Assembly: GCA_964016885.1 (NCBI GenBank)
Contig: OZ024740.1
Location: forward strand, 57,412,001 to 57,476,000
Reading direction: 5' to 3'
DNA from: Eledone cirrhosa
Taxonomy: Eukaryota
Length of the DNA stretch: 64,000 nucleotides
Shown here: positions 26,240-39,678 of the stretch, piece by piece
How the letters are laid out: each line of letters starts with the position of its first letter
Position numbering within the stretch: position 1 is the first letter of the stretch
The notes under the pieces: generated by a model
What the model was told of the DNA's origin: nothing
Database searches by the model: none
The model's input: the letters and a program-made list of their open reading frames with translations, nothing else
Position numbers and translations under genes: made by a program

Positions 26240-27703
26240 TTGAATAAATAATGAATGAATATTACATAATTTATCTACTAAATTTTGTAGCTGTTGATTA
26301 AATATATTTTATTGCTTATTTAAAGATTCACTTCTTTAAAATTTCCAAATGTAACACTTCCGGTTAGCGATCACTTAAATAAACATTCCTATATTTCCGT
26401 CACTAATTTTATCCTAATGCAGTTTATATATAATATCGTCTCTTTTTAATGTATCATGGATTACGTTACTGATTACATAAGAGAGTGTAACACAGTCTTC
26501 GTTCAATTTCTGTGTATTTCTGTGTCAATTACGATTTTATTTGATGTATCATATCTACATGCATATATATACTTGCGTATAATATCAATATGCACACGAC
26601 ACATGTTAGCAGAAAACCACCCTTCAGGTGGTTTTTCTGCTAGTATTTCTGATGAAAGACACTGTTTATGTGTTCCAAATGATTTTGAAAATGACCAATA
26701 ATTTAAATGGATTTAGTAAAATACCTTACATTATTATTATTATTATATCTATGTTTGGAATATAAAAAGTTTTTAATCAAATTATGAAAGGTTTTGATTT
26801 GAACATAGACAATGTAAAATAAGCAGTTTTATATCAAAGAATCCATCTAGAAAAGGTTGGATCTAATTCACTGTTGTTGTTACAGCTCACAACTTTGTAG
26901 GTTTAGCCAACCTTCTATGAAGTTGTACCTCAGTGTAATTCACCCTTCTTCTTCTTCTTCTACTTATTCCTGTGAGGGTTATAGGGGCAGAGTCCTCAAA
27001 CACTCCTTCCAGCAGGCCCTGCCAGAAGCAACCGTCTCCAACTGATCCAGCTGGATCCCCAAGCGTGACCAGCCAAGCCTTATGGATGTTACCCAAATAT
27101 TTTGCTCAGGGTTTACCCCTGGTTGGTTTTACCTGTAAAAACTGTCCAGCAATTCTTTCCTAAGACATTCTAACTACATGCCCATAGTATCGGAGCTGTG
27201 ATCTTTCAATTTGGAGAAGTAGTGGCTCTACCTGGAGTGACTCTCTAAAAAAAGGTTGGATTTAATTTTCTATTGTTGTTACAACTCACACCAATATCAT
27301 CATCATTTTACGTCCACTTTTCCCTGCTTGAAGGGTGGGACGGGAACTGATTCTGGCTTGATTTCTACAGCTGGATGCCCTTTTAACACCAATCTCATTT
27401 ACAGTGAGTGCTGGGTGCTTTTTTTTCCATGGTGCCTACACAACCACTTTACAGTGTGGGCTGGGTGCTTTTTTGCCGTGGCACCTCCACGACCACTTTG
27501 CAGTGGAATGATATAGACCCCAGTCCCTATCATCTCATTTCTACAGCTGAGTAAACTGGAGCAATGTGAAATAAAGTGTCTTGCTCAAGGAAACAACACA
27601 TCCCCCGGTCTGAGAATTGAACTCACAACCTTTCGATTGCAAGGCCAATGCTCTAACAACTAAGCCAGTAAAAAACAATATTTTCATATATATATATACA
27701 TAC

Positions 27704-27801
27704 AGTTCTTTTGCACTTGTAGCCATAAAAACCCGGTTCGCAACTGCACACAGCATAACCTGGTCCTCCTATTCCACAAAAAGAGTTGTTAGGGCATTTT
27801 A
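27704..27801 (-). CDS. ATRAID: ATRAID exon 6, EGF-like (KCPNNSFCGIGGPGYAVCSCEPGFYGYKCKRT)
   Basis: EGF cysteine spacing with GPG...GFxGYKC; ttttcAG/GTATG boundaries, phase 1-0. Confidence 0.95.
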
Positions 27802-28399
27802 CTGAAAATAAAAAAAAAAAGAGAAAGCAGAAGTAAAATATCTACAGAAAGTTCTTTTTTTTTTTTTTTTCCGCTGCTTAGTTACGGAGACCTTTTTCAA
27901 AGCCTCTGGAACTGATAGGAACAAAGAAGGACCCTCAAACTGGAAACTTGGTCTAAATACATGCAACAATGAAACCTGCTAAATACAACCAGAAGACAAG
28001 TTGTAGAGTTAAACTATGTAGCACATCAAGTCTTCCACCCCAGAAAGAATGTACGAGATCAGAAACTCTTCACCAATGGGTAAGATTCTGTCCTAATTCA
28101 TATCTGAATCTGAAACTAGCCACTGATTAATTAATGCATCACATTTTTATTGTTGCTATTGCTGATCCCAGGAAATCCCAGTGGAAGTAAGCTACAGTAG
28201 AGGTAGACCAAACAAGACCTGGGTGGAGGTGGTAAGAGCTGATCTCAAATCACTGAAACTCACAGAGGAAATGACAAAAGAATGCGATGAGTGGAGAGAT
28301 GCTGTGCGAGCAGGTTAAAACAGACACAAAAATGACAATGATGATGATTTATACATGGGGAAAGTGGATGAAAAATATAAGAAGGAAATAATTTCTTAC

Positions 28400-28518
28400 A
28401 TTGGAAAATGTCACAGGAATTTCTTTGGTCTTGGCATTCAACATATTTGTCATGTACAGTAATGTTATTCCACGATGCCTCACCACCAGGACAAGCACTG
28501 TTGATGTTTGGAATAGAT
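28400..28518 (-). CDS. ATRAID: ATRAID exon 5 (SIPNINSACPGGEASWNNITVHDKYVECQDQRNSCDIFQ)
   Basis: Diagnostic CPGGxxxWxxIT...CQxQxNxC motif; AG/GTAAG boundaries. Confidence 0.95.
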
Positions 28519-28794
28519 CTTGAAAAAATATAACAATAAATAAATATAAGAAAACAATACAGTAAATTAAGTGTCTCGTAACTTAATAACATTTCACTTT
28601 TTTTTATATACTATTTATAGCCCGGATTTTCCTTACGACATACAGACATGCACATCCTTTTTCACCCATACTTGTTGACAGACTTTCACTTAAAATACCT
28701 GCATTTTCAAGTGACAGCACTCTCTATATATTTATCTTTCACACACACTCTCTCATTGCCAGACACTTAGCATAGACTTTATATGAATACCTGA

Positions 28795-29690
28795 GTATTT
28801 GTGTTTGGATAAATGGTGCTAAAATAAAACCATTCAATGTTGGAGTCAAACTCTGCCAAGGGTGCATAGTGTCATCTCTTCTGTTCATTATTTTCATGAA
28901 TAGGATTAACATGTGCAGCCGGGTTGGAAGTGGTATCACAACTGGTGGGTGTAAAATCAGCCGGCTGGAATTTGCAGATGACATGGTGTTACTTAACTCA
29001 ACAGAAGGTGATCTCTGATTTACACTTGAGAGGTTTGATGCGGAGTGCTGTATGGCTGGAATGAATCTCAGTGCTGCGAAAACTGAGACATTCATCCTCT
29101 CAAGGAAGCATGCACAGTGCACTCTACATGTGAATGGAGTTCCACTGAAGCACGTGGAGAAGTTCAAGTATTTCGGGGCCATGTTCATGAGTGATGGAAT
29201 GTAGGAGGTTGAATTAAGTGCAAAAATTTCAGGAGCTGGTGCAGTAATACACCAACTTCAGCATTTGGTAATCAGAAGGGAGGGAGGTGTAAAAGCCAAA
29301 ATCGCTACCTTCAATTTGGTATTCGTGACAACCCTTACCTATGGTCGTGAATCTTCAGTAATGACCAAAAGAATATGATCGCAAATACAAGCAGTCGAAT
29401 TGGGATTCCTCCGTAGAGTCTGTGGGTAAACGTTACTCAATAGAGTGCATAGCTCGGACATCAGAGAGTCATTACTTCTCTGAATTGAGAGATCACAGCT
29501 CCGATACCATGGGTATGTTGTTAGACCCAGAGCAAGATGGTGGGAGAACATCCATGAGCTTGGCTGGTCTCGTTTGAAGATCAAGCCGGATCTGTTGGAG
29601 ACAGATGATTCTGACAGGACCCGCTGGAAGGAGTGTTTGAGGACTCTGCCCTAACAACTCTCTCAGGAATAAGTGGGCATAGAAGAAGAC
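28795..29690 (+). mobile_element. Decayed RTE/BovB-like LINE 3' part, separate family
   Basis: QGC.VS.LLF, FADD, VEKFKYFG and LTYG.ES remnants; (gaa)n tail. Confidence 0.8.
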
Positions 29691-30986
29691 ATACTCTCTC
29701 TCAATAACAACAACTTGTCATTATAGTAAAAGTCTTTTACTGAAGTCTGTGTTGCTGTTCTCTATATGCTGAAGAACACACACAAACAAACAACAACAAA
29801 AAACTCTGTATTTTCGTTCATTCAGACGTTATGTTTTAGTAAGTTAGAGAGAGAGGGAGATGGAGTGAAGAGTATAGTATTTCGCTCTCTCTATAAAGAG
29901 GCTCTTATTATAGTATAGATTAGGAAATAATTTTTTTATATTTAATATTGTGTTTTTCTCCTTTTGGTAATATTGTGTAAGTGCATGATAGGAGTGTATA
30001 ATTTCAGAGAATTTTTCCCCTTTACTTTTGATTGAACGAATCGTGCTGTTAGAGTCAACAATTTTTAGTTATAAAGGGAGACTACTCTTTCATATTGTAA
30101 ATTCTGTCGTACGGAGAAAATATTTTTTTCAACAGATGTTATAATTATCAATAATTATTTGAAAACTAATTAATTGGGCATCTTTAAATGATTGAACTTA
30201 TTTAGCTACATATTCTAAATTAGTAGCAATGTTTAGCAATATTAAATTCTATCAAATTTGTTTAATTTCTCTTATAGAGCCTTTTAGTTAACAACATAAT
30301 GTAATTCTTTGAATGAATTTGAATAAAGAGAAAACTAAATATAGAAAACAGATCTAGCACTCAAAAGAAGTCAGAAACAATCTCAATAATATATTTTTTC
30401 ATTAAAATAAAATTCAAATCTTTTTTACGAAATTTTATATAATTTATAACACAGAGACCACAAATTTTGTGGTAGAGGTTGTTGTTGTTGAACCTCCATT
30501 AAGTGTAAGTGACTGAGCATTGCTCAGACACATTATACCCAAAATGTAATTCTCGTGGAGATTTAGCATGACACAGTGTGAGACAAGGCTGGCCCTTTGG
30601 TTTATAGGAACAACTAATTTTCGCCAGCTGAGTGAAAATACGAGCCTTGTTCAAAGACACAAGTCACCAGGAGTCGAACTCACGACTCTAAGATCGTTAG
30701 ACAAACATCCCTAAACACTAAACCAGACACCTTTCCTGGGGCTGAAGTATAGTCGATTATATTACCTCCATAACAGATGAAAAGCAAAGTCAAAGCCGAT
30801 AGGATTTGAACATAAAGGGACGTAACTAAATATTGTAAGGGCTGCTGTTCTAAATTTAGTCAGCCACTGCCCATCACAACATTTTAAATAAAATCTTTAT
30901 AATTTTAGAATCTAATTTTAAAAATTGTTCCAGCCTTATTTTTCCAAAAAGTGAAACACATTCTAATTCAAAAAATTCAAACTTAC

Positions 30987-31058
30987 AAATAATTTAATGA
31001 TTTCAGACCAAAGAAGTCAATTTTTTCATAGTTTGTGAAACTATTATTTTCTAACATC
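30987..31058 (-). CDS. ATRAID: ATRAID exon 4 (MLENNSFTNYEKIDFFGLKSLNY), LRR-like
   Basis: ttttgcAG/GTAAGT boundaries, 72 nt, phase 2-2; LxxN...FxGLxxLxxL pattern. Confidence 0.9.
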
Positions 31059-31146
31059 CTGCAAAAAACAAATTTTTTTTTTTTCAATTAAAGTTTAAAG
31101 GTTATATAAGAAACATCATCAAACATTTATAATTGATATTGTAAAA

Positions 31147-31241
<95 letters not shown>

Positions 31242-32057
31242 TGAAAAATCAGAAGGTTATATCAAAAGTTGGTAGAGCACTCAGTCCAAAGGACGAGTTG
31301 GGTATAGAGTTAATTCCACAATAATTATCAAACTATACTCGAGAACATGCATTTCACCTAAAAAGGATTTTCAATTTATGTATGGTTATAGCGTGAACAG
31401 AAGTGCTTTTGAACTAGGTGGATTCTGCACAGAAGAGACCAGTTTTCATTTCCGTGAAGGGGGGGAACTCCAATTAGACTGTTGTGAGGGAGATAACTTT
31501 TAAAGAATTATAGCTTGTGGTAGTTTAGCTCGGGATATCGTCAATCATCTGGTTATCCTGGGTCCTTCCAGTTATGTAACAAACATTTGAGGCATGGGGA
31601 CAGTGATTGACCACAAAACAAGCATGTCACATATGGTCACTCAAGGAGGCGGGCGTGAATTTCTCCATCAAACAGAAAATCTTTGAGAAATTGAGACCAA
31701 ATGTAAATTGATCTGAAGCCTGCAGATTGTACATTCATGAAAGAAAAAATATGTTACAGAAGTTACACAAGAATACTTGCCTTAACACAGGAGCCAATGT
31801 TTTCAACCTCTGTCCCTATGCCTTGAAATTGTGGAACCTTGGTTCATCAACACAATTCATTCCTAAAGGCCAATCATCACCCAAAATGTTCGTAAACCAA
31901 AATTATTTTTCCCAAATGAAATGTTAAGAGAGAAATACAGTGAGAGTGACACTGTGTGTAACTAACTATACAGGCTTTAGTCTACTATATCTTATTGAGT
32001 GCATTCCAAGCGACTTTGTTTTAAAGGTGTCCTTTTCTTGCTTTCAAAAGGTTCCAC

Positions 32058-32128
<71 letters not shown>

Positions 32129-32161
32129 GTATGTATAAATATTTCTTACAATTAAACTTAC

Positions 32162-32236
32162 AAAATGTCTACATTCACATATTCTTTAAACATTTTGTCT
32201 TGCAGGTTTTTTATTCCACAATCAGTCAGATCAAGT
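32162..32236 (-). CDS. ATRAID: ATRAID exon 3 (LDLTDCGIKNLQDKMFKEYVNVDI), LRR-like
   Basis: tttcAG/GTAAGT boundaries, phase 2-2; LDLxxC motif like ATRAID LDLQNCSL. Confidence 0.9.
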
Positions 32237-32280
32237 CTGAAATGTAAAAATGTATTTTAAAAAAGTGTGTAAATAAATAA

Positions 32281-32324
<44 letters not shown>

Positions 32325-32626
32325 CCCATGCTAGCATGGAAAAATGAACATTAAACGATGATGATGATGATAATTCTCTTTTTTCCAATTTACTAATACA
32401 TGTTGGTTGATCTTCACAATAAACAAAATATGGTGTAAGCCTTCTTAAGTACTCCATGCCTTAAGTATCCATAAAGCTAAGAACCAGCACTACTTATACG
32501 GTATCAGAGTATTGTTATGCTATTAAGTAATAAGAAGAGACAGTTTAGCATTTTATGCTTCAATTTATTATCTAAGATAATAAACTGAAGCATAAAATGT
32601 AAAACTGTCTCTTCTTATTTAATAGT

Positions 32627-32672
<46 letters not shown>

Positions 32673-33224
32673 GATAAACATATATAGGATAAAGGATATT
32701 ATAAAGAGTTGCGACCGAACAGCTGAGCCATTTCAACAGCTAGTTCCAGATATGGTCAAGAACTAGCTGTTGAAATGACAAGAGCTCAGCCCTCAGGTCC
32801 CAACTCTTTATAATATAGCCATACTCTACTACCCGAAGTATCAAGTACTCTGTTGAATAATGGTTTAACTAGTTTTAAACTGGTTGCATCCTGGTTTATA
32901 TATATATGTATATTATCATCATCCTCATTTAAATATATATATACATATATGTGCGTGTGTATGTTATGTTGGTACCATAAAACATCCAGCCCACACTGTA
33001 AAGTGGTCGTGAAAAAGAGTTGGCAAAAAGCACCCAGTACACACTGTAAATGTGGTTGGCGCTAGGAAGGACACCCACCCATAGAAAACCAGCCAGAAAC
33101 AGTCCTATATGAGTGAGACACGGTCACCTGACCCAACATGCCTCTGAATGGGACAAACCCATCTAACCCATGCTAGCATGGAAGATAGACGTTAAACGAT
33201 GATGATGATTATATATATATGATG

Positions 33225-33259
<35 letters not shown>

Positions 33260-34177
33260 TTTTATTGGTTTCAGTCTTTGGACTGTAGTATCAATAGGGT
33301 TGCACTTTTAAGGTTTATAGTCAATCATCCAAAGCCCCCAAACTCTCTTCCCCTCTTTGGTCAGACATGAAGAGGAATAATCACTGCCAAGTTTAAATGT
33401 CCAAAGAATCCTGTGCGCCAGTACAGTTCTCACTATGACTCCATAAAGAGTTGAAGGTTCAAGGCAAGGCAATATTTTACTATAATGAAACTAGACAGCA
33501 GATCTTACAATTAACTTGTTTTGTGCATAAAGTACAAGGAAAGAGTAATGCAGAGAGCATTTTCTGGTAGCACAACAGCACCAACACCATCATCAATAGG
33601 TCTGACTGATTGGCATGAAGCTGCTCACAATCACTGGCCTATAAATATACTCTTCTGTCTCTCTGCTTTTTCTACAGTTTCTATAGTGGCTTCTGTACCT
33701 CAGAGCTGGATGGTTTCATACCATTTCTATTTAACCACTACCAACTCACTTATCTCCCCTCTCATTACCCACAATATGTCCATCATCCAGACCATAAACT
33801 AAACTCTACAATTCAGTCCTTCTTTCCCAAAACGTTGGCCCTCTGGAATTGTCTCCCTGCACACGTTTTTCTTGCAGACACTTACTTGGAACAGTTTAAG
33901 TGGAATGTTAATGCCATCAATATCGTTGATTTAAGAAAAAATACAAAAGACATGAACACAGGTTCTTCCTGACCTAACTAAAACTATTTTTCATTCATTC
34001 ACAGTGAAAACAAATACTAAATATATACTGTGTCTATTTAATTAACAATGTGTCCAACATTAAAAATTAGTTTTGTAAGTATTCAAGAGAAATTTATAAT
34101 AATTTAAACCATGTCTAAATGTTGTAGGTTTTTTTTTTGATTTTCTAATTATTAGTTTAAAAAATCAGATTACTTAC

Positions 34178-34311
34178 CCAAATACAATAGACTGATTCAT
34201 GCTCACACAGCACCGACCGTACATTCTGTTAGCTTTATTGCTGTTACAGAAGGTAACAACTTTAGAATCATCTGAGGGCACAGCACGACAATTTAAACAT
34301 AAACTCAAATT
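34178..34311 (-). CDS. ATRAID: ATRAID exon 2 (NLSLCLNCRAVPSDDSKVVTFCNSNKANRMYGRCCVSMNQSIVFG)
   Basis: ttttcAG acceptor and GTAAGT donor; Cys pattern matches the ATRAID N-terminus (C..C...SKV..C...RCC...G). Confidence 0.92.
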
Positions 34312-35408
34312 CTGAAAATGAAAATAGTTATATTAAATATGATTTGGGGGAAAAATAATGAAATAATTTTTCTTATGTATTTATCTATATTATCATGTTA
34401 TCTTAAAGATGGTGGTTTATCATAAATACCTTCAAATCAATATTACTTTTCATTCCTCTGGAGTCAAAAAATATATATATGCAGTGTGCAGGAGAGGAGA
34501 CTGTGATGATATGAAAATGTAACTCATATGGCAGAGGAAAACTTGGGATGATGTGGTGATGGCTGACCTCACAAAGATGACACAGGATTGAATTGACTAG
34601 CAACATGCTGTTCTACAGAAAACTCGCCTTCTAATGTGAGTAAGCTATATCAAGTATAGAGAGGATAGTAGTGAAGATGATGATGGTGATGATGATATGA
34701 CTGTGTAGGGAATAAATTCATTTTGCAACCACAGATTTCCAGGTTCAAATCTACTGTGCTGTACCAAGGTGTTGTTAGGGAATTAGTGTGAGGAAGAAAG
34801 GAAATTATCCTCAAACTGGACACCTCATTTGAGTGCTTGCAACTGAATGAAATCTGTTAAAGGTGTGGGATAATAAAAAATGAGTGTGTCAAAATTAAAC
34901 TACATTCTGTTATTTTAATCCATCTAAGTTATGTCCCTTTATGCTCAGTTGCATTCTCCTATTGTCTGAAGTCAATAAATTAGAATAAGATACTATACAA
35001 TGTACTGGAGTCCATATAGTCAACCTTTCAAAATAGTGCTCCAATATCAACACACTAAAATGGTTGAAAAGAATATTAAAGACAATATCTATGGTTTTCA
35101 AATAATTTTTAAAATAATAAAAAGTTGCTGAAGCATGGAACAAACTACCTGCATCAGTCGTTAGCTGTCGAGATACTGCATCCTTTAAAACCTCCATGCT
35201 TCCTGAAATTCGCCAACACTATACCTGATATCCCTCCTCCATGCACATGCACACATGTATATCATGACTCATACACTGTTAACTTTCCTGACATTTGTAC
35301 ATTATTCTATGTACTATACATGCCCCTTTGATGAGTTGTAGTGCACCTGAGCACTGTACACAATAATTTCATTATTATTATTATTATTATGAGAAAGTTT
35401 ATAATAAT

Positions 35409-35742
35409 CATCATCATCATCTTACGTCCGCTTTTCCCTGCTTGCAAGGGTGGGACGGGAACTGATTCTGGCTTGATTTCTACAGCTGGATGCCCTTCCT
35501 AACACCAACCTCATTTACAGTGAGTGCTGGGTGCTTTTTTTCCGTGGCGCCTACACGTCCACTTTACAGTGGAATAATAGCGACTCCAGTCCCTATCATC
35601 TCATTTCTACAGCTGAGTAAACTGGAGCAATGTGAAATAAAGTGTCTTGCTCAAGGAAACAACACATCACTCGGTCTGAGAATTGAACTCACAACCTTTC
35701 GATTGCAAGGCCAATGTTCTAACCACTAAGCCATGAGCCTTC
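35409..35742 (-). mobile_element. tRNA/CORE-like SINE with RTE-derived 3' tail; second copy at 27298-27667; related heads at ~30600, 48070, 48761, 50830, 52700
   Basis: TGGCTTAGTGG A-box, GAGTTCAATTC B-box, TTGAGCAAGACACTTTATTTCAC core, tail homologous to the RTE 3' UTR with (gat)n. Confidence 0.85.
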
Positions 35743-36149
35743 AATAATAATAATAATAATTGTTTCTACTTTTGGCACAAGGCCAGCACTTACCCAGTAC
35801 ATTACTGGTACTTTATTTTATCAACCCCCGTAAGGATGAAAGGCAAAGTTAACCTCAGCGGGATTTGAACTCGCCGTGGTTAACTTTGCCTTTCATCCTT
35901 ACGGGGTCGATAAAATAAAGTACCAGTAATGTACTGGGTAATTGCTGGCCTTGTGCCAAAAGTAGAAACAATTATTATTATTATAAACTTTCTCATTATT
36001 TATCTGGTGATAAGGGTGGTGGATTGGCAGTATCAGTAAAGCAATGTACAACATACTTTGCAGCATATAGTTACAGCCCTTTATGCTCTGAGTTCGATAC
36101 TCAGCCACCATACATATCTATAGTGTTGCAGCTATAATAAGAAATCATT

Positions 36150-37840
36150 ATTCTGGAGATTCACAATAGATCAAATTGATAGTGATCTGACTTACCAGCT
36201 AAGAAACAATGGTTTGTGTTACCTTGTCTCTGGCAACTACAACTAAATGGGTTAGGTAGGGTGGGCATATTACTGACTGAGAGATGGATCAATAAGACAA
36301 TAGAGGCAGTTAGAGTTAGTAATAGAATAATTAAGCTTAGTTGTAGGCAAGAGACTACTGACAATCATCTCTGCCTAGTCTCCCCAGGCAGGCCTAGGTA
36401 AAGAAGAGAAAGACTGCTTTACAAGCAACTTTTACAAACAGCCTCAATGACAGAGGACAGAGACATCGTTATGCTAGCAGGGGACTTCAATGGACATGTT
36501 GGACAGCTCCAAGATGTATACACTGGGGTACATGGTGGGCACGGTTACGGCTAAAGAAATGAAGGAGTGAGGCTTCCTGAATTTTGTGATGCAAATGCAC
36601 TAACCATTTGCAACACTAACTTCCAGAAGCCTACCAACCACCTAATAACCTACAAATCAAGCGAGCACATAAGCTAGATTGACTTCTTGCTAGTTAGACA
36701 GCAAGACAGACAGATGGTGTCAAATACTAAGGCATACCCCAGGGAAGAATGTCCCCTGCAGCATAGGTTAGTCGTTAGTGACATCTCAGTAAGCAAGAGA
36801 AAGAATGAGACATACAGGAAGGTGTGGAAAAGAAAGGTCTGGAAGCTAAAAGACCTTTCATTGAAATATAAATTTAGCAAAGCCCTTCAAGATGTGTATG
36901 ATGAAAAAGAAGACGATTTAGAGTTGTATGACATAGATGATAACTGGAATTTCTTGCGTGACAACTTACTGCAGGCTACTGAAGAAACTTGTGGTTGGGG
37001 CAGAGCTTCAACCATACATATATATATACATTTATATATGTGTGTGTGTGTGTATAGATATGCAAGTTACAGAATAGGTAGACCCAGAAAAACCTGGGAC
37101 GACATGATAAATTCCAACCTTGTACACTTGCACCTCTCTAAGACAATGTCACTGGATCGAGATCTTTGGCGCCACGCAGTATTACAGAAGTTCTGCTTTC
37201 CCTACGTGTAAAGTTAACCTACAGTCAGTAGGCCCCTCCAAACCAAACATACACACCAACCCACTACCCCTACTCCATCCTCCCACTCCCGCCAACACCA
37301 CCCTTTCTCTATAAAGTTATGTTGGTACCACAACATCCAGTCCAAACTAATGAGATCGTGTAGGTGTCACGACAAAAAGAAAACCACACTATCCACGCTG
37401 TAATGTGGCCGTGTAGGTAACACGGGAAAAAGTTCCCAGTCCACACTGTAAATGTGGTTGGTGTTAGGAAGGGCATCCAGCCGTAGAAAACCTGCCAGAT
37501 AGTCCTATACAAGCGAGACATGGTCACCCGACCAATCTTGCCTCAAGTGGGACAACTGTCTAACCCATGCTAGCGTGGTAGATGGACGTTAAACGATGAT
37601 GATATATATATATATATATATATATGCTGTAATGTGGCCGTGTAGGCAACACGGTAAAAACCTCCCAGCCCCACACTGTAAATGTGGTTGGTGTTAGGAA
37701 GGGCATCCAACTATAGAAAACCCGCCAGACAGTCCTATGCGAGCAAGACAACCACTCTTGCCTCAAGTGGGAAAACCCCCGTCCAAACCCATGCAAGCGT
37801 GGAACACGGACGCTAAACCTGATGATGATGATGATGATAC
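36150..37840 (+). mobile_element. Decayed RTE pieces: APE endonuclease region plus 3' end and two tails
   Basis: AGDFNGHVG, NTNFQKP..LITY, IDFLLVR and QHRLVVSD motifs; GRPRKTWD and (gat)n tails. Confidence 0.8.
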
Positions 37841-38456
37841 GTATATATGTATCATCATCATCGTTTAATGTCTATCTTCTTTATATATATATTGCACATA
37901 TATACATAAATATATATATATTTATATATGTATATATGTTTATATATGTATATATATATATATATAAATTAGCGAGAATCGTATTTCGGCTTAGGAATTA
38001 ACGAAAAACAACTTCCGAGATGTGTGACAAGCGCTCAATGATTCAGATGAACCAGAGCTACAACATACGTTAAAGGCCAAACACACTGAGACGATGGTTA
38101 AACAATCATCCGCACAACCATAAAAACGACCAAGTAATTCGGGTCAAACAAATAAAAATATATGTAATTGAAAAAATTTTACCCGGATCCCTGGATGGAT
38201 GGTAAAATCCAGCATTTGGGTTTCTGCGACTCCTAAATCAAGTACTGTCCGCTTACACAAATAATGTTAGGCTTCTGGTAAGATGATTGAACAAGGAAGC
38301 CACTTTTTCAACAGGTTTTAGTTTGAGTGCTATATATATACACTATATACAACTATATACAACTATAAACAGGAAAGGTCAGTAATTTATTACTACCTTA
38401 TTACCAGTAAGAGAAATAGCTCAATGTAAGAACATCAGGTGTTTTACAGAGCAGGA

Positions 38457-39257
38457 ATATAAATTACACAATAATCAAAACTATGTTCAAAACATTTTAT
38501 TGCTGACAATCGTTTCTTCCAAACTTTCGTTTGGAATCCTCGGAGCACTAGCAAAGTTTTGACATATAATTAACTTCCTATTCAACTGAACAATCATATA
38601 GATACATGGATATTAATGTTGTCATTAACAGTTTCTATTTACAGAGTGGAATGGATGTGACAGAGATTACAAGAGAATTGTATAATAATTAAAGCAGTAT
38701 AGAGAGTGCAAATGCGTTAGGCATATACAGAACAGTTAGGTAGGAAAGAAGCAATGGTACTAGGCATATATAATTACTGCATGGCAAAGGTATCACATAA
38801 AATAACATAGGTTTACAAGCATATCAAGCAGGCACACTACATCCACCATAAACTCATAATTTTAATACACGAACAGCTTTGTCTGCTTGATATGCTTGTA
38901 AACCTATGTTATGTTATGTGATACCTTTGCCATGCAGTAATTATATATGCCTAGTACCATTGCTTCTTTCCTACCTAACTGTTCTGTATATGCCTAACGC
39001 ATTTGCACTCTCTATACTGCTTTAATTATTATACAATTCTCTTGTAATCTCTGTCACATCCATTCCACTCTGTAAATAGAAACTGTTAATGACAACATTA
39101 ATATCCATGTATCTATATGATTGTTCAGTTGAATAGGAAGTTAATTATATGTCAAAACTTTGCTAGTGCTCCGAGGATTCCAAACGAAAGTTTGGAAGAA
39201 ACGATTGTCAGCAATAAAATGATTTGAACATAGTTTTGATTATTGTGTAATTTATAT
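38457..39257. repeat. Long inverted repeat (~375-bp arms, ~46-bp spacer)
   Basis: 38457-38833 is the near-perfect reverse complement of 38880-39257. Confidence 0.95.
39167..39213 (+). ncRNA. Hammerhead with CCGAGGA (U4C) core; mirror copy at 38501-38547 (-)
   Basis: TGCT-CCGAGGA-TTCCAAAC(gaaa)GTTTGGAA-GAAAC-gatt-GTC-AGCA then AATAAA. Confidence 0.8.
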
Positions 39258-39319
39258 ATATATATATATATATATTAATTCAAAATATTAACAAAATAGA
39301 TATTCTTGTGATCAATTAT

Positions 39320-39384
39320 ATTTTATTATACATATTTCAGAGGTACTGAGTTAAGTTCAACAGTACGTCCTCATCAGATAAAAT
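39320..39384 (-). ncRNA. Hammerhead ribozyme
   Basis: ATTTTAT-CTGATGA-..GTACTG...CAGTAC..-GAAATATGTATA-ATAAAAT with perfect helix I. Confidence 0.8.
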
Positions 39385-39581
39385 AAGATGATGCATGACA
39401 AACCCTGACATAGTAGATGGTTAAGATTCAGTCATGGTAGTGATTAACTTATGACAAAACTCAATATTTATACCCTAATATTGAGAACATGAGATAACAT
39501 AATACAAGAATATCTTTTTGTTGAGTGCTTCCAATCTATTGTAAAACTCATTCTTTGATGTATTCATTGAACCTTGTTTAA

Positions 39582-39621
<40 letters not shown>

Positions 39622-39678
39622 TATATATACACATGTATATATATATATATATATACACACATGTATATATATATATAA

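Noticed and set aside
26645-26692. CTGATGA plus weak stem as a hammerhead
   Set aside because: GAAA is replaced by CAAA, and helices I and III are not convincing.
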